Source of the DNA: Promethearchaeia archaeon
GTDB lineage: Archaea > Asgardarchaeota > Lokiarchaeia > Sigyniarchaeales > SOKP01
Direction of reading: 5' to 3'
NCBI GenBank assembly: GCA_029856125.1
Contig: JAHQWJ010000129.1
Location: forward strand, 1-17,641
Length of the DNA: 17,641 nt
This document shows, in pieces, positions 8,489 through 15,411 of this stretch. The stretch's first letter is position 1; each line of letters begins with the position of its first letter. The position numbers and the translations under genes were made by a program. The notes beneath the pieces are model-generated. The model was not told the origin of the DNA. It made no database searches and saw only the letters and a program-made list of their open reading frames with translations.

Positions 8489-9913
8489 ATGTTTGTAGAA
8501 TATTTTTATTATCTCAAGGAAAGATTACCGGTAAGTATAACGGAATATATGGCCTTAATAGAATCATTAAATAAAGGTCTCATCCACAATATGGTCGAGT
8601 TTTATTATATATCTCGCTCTTTGCTATGTAAAAACGAGCACCATTTTGATATATACGATATTTCGTTTGCCAATTTTTTTAAAAACGCTGTCATTAAATT
8701 TCCCGACGATATAAAACAAGAGATTTGGGATTGGCTGAACCAAGACATTACAATCCCCGAGTTAATTGAAGGATTAAAAATTCTATTGAAAGAATACCCG
8801 CAATATTTAAACATTGAAGACCTTCAACAATTCCTAGAGAAATTTCTCCAGAAGCTCAACGAAGATTTAGACGGAAATGTATTGATAAACGCACCGGAGA
8901 AGGTTAAAGAGGAAATCTGGGATTGGTTGAAAAAAAATATGGACTTATCAGAAATGGATGGTAATTTTCAAGAAATGTTAAGTCAGATGTTTAACATTGA
9001 AGAAATGCAGAAGCAGTTCGAGGACCTCATGCAAAGACAAGACGAAGAACATAACGGAGGAAATCAATGGGTAGGAACTCAAGGGACATCTCAATTTGGA
9101 CATTCAGGACAAAATCCGATGGGCATGAGAGTAGGTGGTTCTTCGGGAATGAGGATGGCAGTTCAAATCGCCCAAAAAAGAATATTTTCTGATTATAGAA
9201 AAGACATCGTGTTAGACACTCGACAAATCAAAGTCGCACTAAAACGACTTAAGAAATTAGAGGAAATTGGAAAATTTGACGAGTTAAACATGGATAAGAC
9301 GATCGATATGACTGCAAAAAATGGTGGTGATATCGAAATTATTTTCGAGAAACGACGCAAAAATAACGTAAAACTCATCCTTTTAATGGATGTTGGAGGA
9401 AGTATGACTCCGTACGCTCATCTGGTAAATCTTCTTTTCTCTGCATCTAATAATATGTCACACTGGAAGTCATTTAAGTTTTATTACTTCCATAACTGTG
9501 TCTACGATAAACTCTATGATAACGCTCAAAGAAATCCCGAGGAAGCAATAGATTTCGAAGATTTTATAAAAAAGTACGATAATAAATATAAAATAGTGAT
9601 TGTTGGCGACGCTGCCATGGCATCATGGGAACTAACAGAACGTTACGGTTCAATTTACTACTATCACAGAAACGAAATGCCCGGAATTTATTACATTAGA
9701 GAAATTGCTAACCATTTCAAGAATAATGCAGTATGGCTAAATCCTGAACTAATTCGGATGGAATGGGTACCCTGGACGAGGAAAATAATTTCAAGCATTA
9801 TCCCTATGTATAACTTAACAGTCGAAGGAATTGAAGAAGCGATGGATTACCTGAGGACAGGTGGAAAAAATCAATACACTACAGTCCAGATGCTAAAGGG
9901 ACTGGCTTATTAA
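8489..9913 (+). CDS. vWA-domain protein (CoxE-like partner of the MoxR ATPase)
   Basis: HNGGNQWVGTQGTSQFGHSG, MDVGGSM MIDAS-type motif, FHNCVY, VGDAAM, VWLNP. Confidence 0.88.
   Translation: MFVEYFYYLKERLPVSITEYMALIESLNKGLIHNMVEFYYISRSLLCKNEHHFDIYDISFANFFKNAVIKFPDDIKQEIWDWLNQDITIPELIEGLKILLKEYPQYLNIEDLQQFLEKFLQKLNEDLDGNVLINAPEKVKEEIWDWLKKNMDLSEMDGNFQEMLSQMFNIEEMQKQFEDLMQRQDEEHNGGNQWVGTQGTSQFGHSGQNPMGMRVGGSSGMRMAVQIAQKRIFSDYRKDIVLDTRQIKVALKRLKKLEEIGKFDELNMDKTIDMTAKNGGDIEIIFEKRRKNNVKLILLMDVGGSMTPYAHLVNLLFSASNNMSHWKSFKFYYFHNCVYDKLYDNAQRNPEEAIDFEDFIKKYDNKYKIVIVGDAAMASWELTERYGSIYYYHRNEMPGIYYIREIANHFKNNAVWLNPELIRMEWVPWTRKIISSIIPMYNLTVEGIEEAMDYLRTGGKNQYTTVQMLKGLAY
8702..9060 (+). repeat. Internal ~64-aa tandem duplication within the vWA protein
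   Basis: PDDIKQEIWDWLNQ...QYLNIEDLQQ (from 8702) versus PEKVKEEIWDWLKK...QMFNIEEMQK (from 8894), 192 nt apart. Confidence 0.7.
9869..9913 (+). repeat. Direct repeat copy 1 (last 15 codons of the vWA gene; att-like)
   Basis: 40/45 nt identical to 10773-10817. Confidence 0.9.
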
Positions 9914-9995
9914 TTTTTATCATTGAATATTAAAAACTAACTCTCTTAAGTTTAATCTTAACAAGACATAGTTTTTAAAAATTAAGAAAATCTAA

Positions 9996-10388
9996 TCACA
10001 AATTTTTATTCTTCTCTAAATAATCAGCAATATTTTCTACGAAATCTTGACCTATATTTAATAACCCCTGAGCCTCATCTTTACTAATTATGATTGTTGT
10101 TCCATAATCTCCAATAAGTCTTTTATCATATGCCCTATTAAGTTGTCTTCCCATTTCCTTTGAAAAAATATTTGTTTTAATGAAATTCTCACCAAAAAGA
10201 GAAATCAAACCACTATGAGATTTTGGTGCTAAATTTTTTGTAAGAAGCAATCCCTCGGTTATTAAAAACATAGCATAATAGGTTCTTGAAACCACACTAT
10301 CATAATCTTTTATTTCGAGTAAAACTTTTGAACTCTCAATAAATTTTCTTGCTTTTTCTACGAAAAACTTAATATCCTCATTACTCAA
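9996..10388 (-). CDS. HEPN-domain protein (toxin partner of the MNT-HEPN module)
   Basis: SRTYYAMF, KSHSGLISLF and KRLIGDY motifs. Its TTG start overlaps the MNT stop (TTGA). Confidence 0.88.
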   Translation of the reverse strand: MSNEDIKFFVEKARKFIESSKVLLEIKDYDSVVSRTYYAMFLITEGLLLTKNLAPKSHSGLISLFGENFIKTNIFSKEMGRQLNRAYDKRLIGDYGTTIIISKDEAQGLLNIGQDFVENIADYLEKNKNL

Positions 10389-10699
10389 ATTGAGATACCT
10401 TCCTCTCTTAAATTTAGGATAAAAGGATAATTTCTGGAAAAATAATCATCGTTAGATAATGGATGAATAGAAATTAAAACTGAATATTTTAAACTAAGAT
10501 CGTACGAAAATTCGGTAATCCTATCAATTTCTCTAAATGGGTTAATATTACCTTTCAAAATTACAGCAATATCTATATCAGAATCTTCTCGTTGCTCCCC
10601 TCTCGCATAGGAACCATATAATAACACATCTACTAACTGTTCTTTATAGAGTTCTATAAGTTTTTCTTTAAATTCTTTAAGTATCTTTTTTATTTTCAT
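10385..10699 (-). CDS. Minimal nucleotidyltransferase (MNT) antitoxin
   Basis: LYGSYARGEQREDSDIDIAV (GSx10DxD); translationally coupled to the HEPN gene. Confidence 0.9.
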   Translation of the reverse strand: MKIKKILKEFKEKLIELYKEQLVDVLLYGSYARGEQREDSDIDIAVILKGNINPFREIDRITEFSYDLSLKYSVLISIHPLSNDDYFSRNYPFILNLREEGISI

Positions 10700-10772
10700 T
10701 TATACGAAAAATATTAGTTTTGTATTAAATATGTTTAGGTCTTATTTAGATCTTTCTTACTAGTATTTAATA

Positions 10773-10817
10773 AACCAATATACAACAGTCCAAATGCTAA
10801 AGGGATTGGCTTATTAA
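10773..10817 (+). repeat. Direct repeat copy 2 (orphaned 3' end of the vWA gene)
   Basis: AAC CAA TAT ACA ACA GTC CAA ATG CTA AAG GGA TTG GCT TAT TAA encodes the same NQYTTVQMLKGLAY* as the gene end. Confidence 0.9.
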
Positions 10818-10852
10818 AGCACTTTTTTAATTTAATAATCTCTTTTTCGATC

Positions 10853-10963
10853 TTAGGTTTGTTTTTCATCTAGTTTTAACAATATACCTCATTTAGGACA
10901 TACCGCTAAAAATTTAACGTCTATCCTACATATGGGACAAATAAGCTGCTCGGACCTAGTGGC
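10853..10963 (-). pseudogene. Zinc-ribbon-like fragment ATRSEQLICPICRIDVKFLAVCPK(TGA)GILLKLDEKQT
   Basis: CPIC...CPKxG knuckles with TGA (10889-10891) at the fourth Cys position. No canonical in-frame start. Confidence 0.4.
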
Positions 10964-11135
10964 TCAATTATATTAAAGAGGATGAAAAATGCAATAATCG
11001 GAAACCGTCACATCAATATATGAAAATCTACATAAGGCTAACATTTATATATGGAATTCGACATATGATGATCGGAAACCATCATATTAAATATAAAAAA
11101 ATTCACATAAATTTATTGAGGTGAGTAAGAAACAA

Positions 11136-11297
11136 TTGTTAGTAGAAAAGAAAGTATGGAAAGAAATGACAGACGTTTGTTATAAGTGTGGGACACCTTT
11201 AAAAGATACTGACTTTGTTTACAGACTAAGAGCACCCAATGTTAAAACATACATATGTTCTAATTGTGGATATTTTGAAATATATTTCGATGAGTAA
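11136..11297 (+). CDS. Small zinc-ribbon protein, 53 aa (MLVEKKVWKEMTDVCYKCGTPLKDTDFVYRLRAPNVKTYICSNCGYFEIYFDE)
   Basis: CYKCG...CSNCG; GAGGTGA SD at 11118-11124; TTTATATA at 11044-11051; downstream hairpin and T-tract. Below the ORF-track cutoff. GTG 11121 and ATG 11166 are alternative starts. Confidence 0.8.
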   Translation: MLVEKKVWKEMTDVCYKCGTPLKDTDFVYRLRAPNVKTYICSNCGYFEIYFDE

Positions 11298-11373
11298 TTG
11301 TTTATAGCTTCCTATATCAATAATTAAATTAAATCTGTTAATTCAAATCCCAAGTATTAGAGTAAAATATAAT

Positions 11374-11410
11374 AATCTCCACGATTATTGATTGGAGATT
11401 TTTTTTTTTT
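11374..11410 (+). terminator. Hairpin plus poly-T terminator
   Basis: AATCTCCA (11374-11381) pairs with TGGAGATT (11393-11400), followed by a long T run. Confidence 0.6.
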
Positions 11411-11501
11411 ATTAGAGGAAATATCAAATTTTCAAAAGAGTTCTTCTAAGTTCTTAAGTGAACTATTTATTTACTATCTATTTTAAATTAAAAAATTACA
11501 T

Positions 11502-11574
11502 ATCCGAAAACCCTTGCAGAGGGTCAGTTCTCTCTCAACTATGGTTTTTTTGAAAGAGTCATTCTAATTCGGAT
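11502..11574 (-). promoter_or_regulatory. Candidate SECIS element in the hdrA 3' UTR
   Basis: Minus strand: AUCCGAA-UUAGA-AUGA-CUCUUUCAA-AAAAACCAUAG-UUGAGAGAG-AA...UUCGGAU. It has an outer 7-bp stem, AUGA, a 9-bp stem and an A-rich apical loop, starting 5 nt after the stop. Confidence 0.65.
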
Positions 11575-11579
11575 TAAAA

Positions 11580-13610
11580 TTATTGAGAAGCTAATGTATT
11601 GAGTTTTTTGGTAATAAGTTCAATCGAATCAACATATTCTTCTTTGTATTCAAGCTCAGTACTACAAATACCCTTGATTTCTTCGACATATTGTATGTCT
11701 CTATGATATTTGATATCAATTGCATGAGATGGACATGAAGATGCGCAAACACCACACCCGCTACATTTTAATTCGTCAACTTGGGCAATAGATTCTCTAT
11801 TAACTGTTATAGCATCATAGGTACAGACTTTTTCACATCTATGGCACCCCAGACAGAAGTTTTTGTCTACTTCAGCAATTACTAATTCTTGAATTATCCT
11901 GTCTTTAGAAAGTAAAGTAGCCGCTTTGCTTGCTGCTGCTAAAGCTGTTGAGACCGTAGAAGGTATGTTTTTAGGTCCAGCAGCACATCCACATATGTAT
12001 ATGCCCATTTGGGTCGTTTCTTGCGGCTTCAGGCAATTGTGAACCTCCGTTAAAAATCCGTAGCTATCTTTTCTCAAACCTAATGTCTCAATTAATTTTG
12101 TTGAATTTTTAGAAGGAACCATCCCCGTTGATAAGACGACTAAGTCAGCATCCAGATTAACAATTTGGTTTGTAAGGGTATCAGAAGCCGTAAGTGTCAA
12201 TTTATTGGTCTCTGAATCGAGTTGAATGTCTCCAACTTTACCCCGAATTGTTAAGATTCCCGCTTCTCTCACTTTTCTATAATATTCTTCGTTTCCTTTA
12301 TCCCAAGTGCGCATATCGATATAAAATATAACTATTTCCGTGTCTGGATATTCTTGTTTTAATAACTGAGCGTTTTTAAGCGCAACACTACAGCACACTA
12401 CTGAACAGTATGGGTTTCCGTTTAACGATCTTGAACCAACACATTGAATCATAGCCACTATTTTTGGCGTTTCTCCGTCAGAAATTCTGTAGAGATGACC
12501 TCCCGTTGGTCCAATAGGACTTAACATGCGTTCTAACTCAATTTGAGTAATAACATCAGGATAAATGCCGTATTTGTACTCGTTTGTTTCGATAATTGGA
12601 TACTCGTCGTAACCAGTTGCAGCAATTACGGCTCCAACATTTATGTCGACAAATTCAGGTTCTTGGTCGAATTCTATTGCTTCAGCTGGACAAGTTCTCT
12701 CGCAGCTATTGCATTCAATGCATACACTTCTGTCTATCGTAGCTATTTTAGGTACTGCTTGTGGAAAAGGTATGTAAATCGCGCTTCTTTCACCAATTCC
12801 TCTGTTAAATTCGTCAGGTACATTAATAGGACATTTTTCCGTGCATAGTCCGCAGCCTGTGCATTTTTTTTCGTTCACATAGCGGGGATTTTTCTTTATT
12901 TTTACATTGAAATTCCCTGGAAGTCCACTGAATTCAACTACTTCGCTGTAAGTAAATAATGTAATATTGGGATGTTTCGAAGTATTTACCATAATTGGTG
13001 CCAGAACTCATATACCACAATCGTCTGTGGGATATATTCTATCCAATTGTGCCATTTTCCCGCCAATTGTAGCTTCTTTTTCTACTAAATATACATTTAT
13101 TCCTTGATTCGCTAAGTCTAAAGCAGCATTCATTCCCGCTATTCCCGCACCTATGACTAAAGCAGCCCGTTTCACTGGAATCTCCTTATAAGGAACGATT
13201 TCTAACTGACGAGCTCGATTTATTCCTCCTCTTACCATTCTAATCGCTTTTTCAGTAGCATGTTTTTTATCGCGTTGGTGCACAAACGAACAATGCTCGC
13301 GAATATTTACCATCTGAAAGTAATAAGGGCTCAGTCCCGCTTCGATTAATACCGCTCGATATGTAGATTCGTGAATTTTTGGTGTGCACGCAGCAACAAC
13401 AACTCGGTTTAAACCTAAATCTAAGATATCGTTTTTTATGATATTTTGTCCTGGGTCGCTACAAGTGAAATCGTTTACTCTCGAAATTACGACATCTGGG
13501 AGTATTTCCATGTAATCTCTTACTATATCGCAGTTGACGCTACTACTAATATTAACTCCTCATTTGCAAATATAAACACCGATTCTAACAATGTTCTGTA
13601 AATCAGACAT
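11580..13610 (-). CDS. hdrA: Heterodisulfide reductase subunit A-like flavoprotein; selenoprotein with two in-frame UGA (codons 17 and 201), 676 aa
   Basis: SD AGGTG and ATG at 13610, then MSDLQNIVRIGVYICK-TGA-GVNI...VIGAGIAG...YPTDDCGI-TGA-VLAPIMVN... all in one frame. Both TGAs sit at conserved HdrA Cys (GVYxCxCG; DCxxC). It has ferredoxin motifs, IQCVGSR, YCSVVCC and GPKNIP. Confidence 0.93.
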
Positions 13611-13687
13611 TTAATACACCTTTTTACAACATCACCATTTAGTATTTGGAATTAAATTTTTTTTATTTTTTTTTTATTTAATTTGTT

Positions 13688-14821
13688 TTAAACTATTGAT
13701 TTAACTTCTTTTATTGGTCCAAATTTAGTTTTCATGAAGTTTTCTTTTCGCTCGATTTTTGAAATTGAATATCGTAATAGTAGATTTTTGATGTGTTTTT
13801 CTTTCGAAGTATTGAGCTCTAAATTAATAAAAATTTTTCTCTTCAGGGCGTCTGCTAGTAATTCACGCCCCTTTTTTGTTCTTGTTATTACTGTGGTGAA
13901 ATGTTCTGGAGATCCTAAACCTCCAAACGATACATCAGCATATACGTTTGTAAAATCACTACACGCATTACAAGCGGGTCGCATATACTCTTTTAAATCC
14001 TCAAAAGGAATATGAAGTAAAGACTTTTTTCCCTTTAATCGGATGATAAGGTTTTCCTTAATCTTAATCTTTTCGATGTCCTCGAACTTTATCTTGAACT
14101 CCCCCTCAAATTGATTTACTTTTTGTTGGTCAAATTCGAAATTCTCGTAACAAAATAATCCTAAACAAAACTCTATATTATGCGAAGGTATGATGCCAAG
14201 ATTTTGCATGCACCTAATTGTATAAATTTGACACGGAGTTCCAACCACCGCTAACTTTTTAAACTTGGTACTGCTTATCTTAGGAAGTGAACTAGAATAA
14301 GAATGATACCTCTGAACTTCTTCTAATTGGTGGGAAATCCCTAATTTGAGTCCTGAAGTACTAAGTAAATCTTCTTTGTTTTTGGCTAAAAAAGGTTCTC
14401 TCGAGAAAGGGGCTTTTGTTTTTGCCACTATAGCTCCGTCTATTAACTTCTCTTCAAACATGAAATTAAGTAGAGCGTTTACAACTCCTCCGTCAGTACC
14501 ATGGCGCAAAAAGTCGGAATCTACTGATTGGCACGAGTAGAGATCGCAAATATTACCAAGTGGCATAGATGAAAAATCTAACAGGTTAAAGGTTTTATTG
14601 AGATCGTCGTCTAACACATGAGTCTGTGGACATATGTGATAACAAATTCCGCATTTCAGACAATTATCTTTATTTATAAATTCTGGAGGAGAATTGGGTT
14701 CTTTATAACCAATTACATCATATTCCATTGAGTTACAGAAGCTCACACACCCTCCACATTGCTGACAAATCCCTTTTTGATGGACTTCTTCTATTAAATC
14801 CTCAAAATTTTTAATTGTCAT
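13688..14821 (-). CDS. FrhB/FdhB-family F420-dependent oxidoreductase beta subunit with N-terminal 2x[4Fe-4S] domain
   Basis: CQQCGGCVSFC, CLKCGICYHICP, GTDGGVV, VGTPCQI, LGLFCYENF, CNACSDFTNVYADVSFGG. GAGGTGA SD; ends 77 nt upstream of hdrA. Confidence 0.9.
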   Translation of the reverse strand: MTIKNFEDLIEEVHQKGICQQCGGCVSFCNSMEYDVIGYKEPNSPPEFINKDNCLKCGICYHICPQTHVLDDDLNKTFNLLDFSSMPLGNICDLYSCQSVDSDFLRHGTDGGVVNALLNFMFEEKLIDGAIVAKTKAPFSREPFLAKNKEDLLSTSGLKLGISHQLEEVQRYHSYSSSLPKISSTKFKKLAVVGTPCQIYTIRCMQNLGIIPSHNIEFCLGLFCYENFEFDQQKVNQFEGEFKIKFEDIEKIKIKENLIIRLKGKKSLLHIPFEDLKEYMRPACNACSDFTNVYADVSFGGLGSPEHFTTVITRTKKGRELLADALKRKIFINLELNTSKEKHIKNLLLRYSISKIERKENFMKTKFGPIKEVKSIV

Positions 14822-15017
14822 ACTTCACCTCTAATGCTGTTTTTCGTTATCCCATTGTCTTATTCATAACTTTGGGTTTCTAAATCAATAGTGTAATACT
14901 TGTTTTTAGTCGTACGAATTTATGAAAATAATAATTATATCTGAAAAACTACATTTATCTATCATTCACAATAATATAATGTTATTTTTCATATATATAG
15001 GTATTGGAATATTAATG

Positions 15018-15101
15018 TCTTTATCGAAAAAAAAATCATTATGATCAATTTCAATAATCATATGTCGAAAAATAAACATAATTTGATCAATTCCGATAAT
15101 T
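15018..15101 (-). repeat. Imperfect ~41-nt tandem repeat upstream of the frhB-hdrA promoter
   Basis: Minus strand: ATTATCGGAATTGATCAAATTATGTTTATTTTTCGACATATG then ATTATTGAAATTGATCATAATGATTTTTTTTTCGATAAAG. A TATATATA box lies at about 14992-14999. Confidence 0.5.
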
Positions 15102-15411
15102 CAAATATATTTAAAACAGGGGCGAAATGATCAAAATAAGTTTCTACTGTAAGACAAGATGATGATCATGGTTAGAATAATCTAAAAAACTAAAATCAAT
15201 GAAATTGGTTAATTTTTCTTTATTTTTATCATTTGCCGCTTCTCACTTACATTTTACCCCATAGTTCGATACTTTTCTAACCGATTGACAATTTTTAGAA
15301 CTTTACAGATAAAATCTGGAATTTACAGGTAGATCATTTTGAAAGTTTCAAATTTTTTTTATTATTGGTAGTGTAAAAAAAAAAAAAATAGAAAATTTTA
15401 GGCTTTTCAAA

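Larger units (their letters stand above)
9869..10817. mobile_element. Mini-islet carrying an MNT-HEPN pair, inserted at the vWA gene 3' end
   Basis: TA-type cargo bounded by 45-nt direct repeats of the gene end. No integrase is present. Confidence 0.6.

Noticed and set aside
3277-9378. Short minus-strand ORFs 3277-3471, 4066-4302, 6110-6403, 6532-6735, 7463-7678, 8605-8814, 9193-9378
   Set aside because: Antisense to well-supported genes, with no recognisable motifs.
10997-11110. Possible CRISPR mini-array (two repeats 74 nt apart)
   Set aside because: Only two degenerate copies, no cas genes, and they overlap a promoter. Better explained as operator sites.
11502-11574. tRNA (e.g. tRNA-Sec) or simple terminator
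   Set aside because: No T-loop, D-loop or anticodon-arm consensus. The AUGA/stem/A-loop layout and its position fit a SECIS better.
13008-13511. Separate 167-aa gene, or hdrA as a split gene or pseudogene
   Set aside because: It is in frame with both flanking segments. Both interruptions are TGA at conserved Cys sites, there are no frameshifts, and a SECIS-like hairpin follows.
9996-13610. Genome-wide TGA reassignment (e.g. to Trp)
   Set aside because: TGA serves as a normal stop for the MNT and HEPN genes, Trp is encoded by TGG in conserved motifs, and the read-through TGAs align with Cys.
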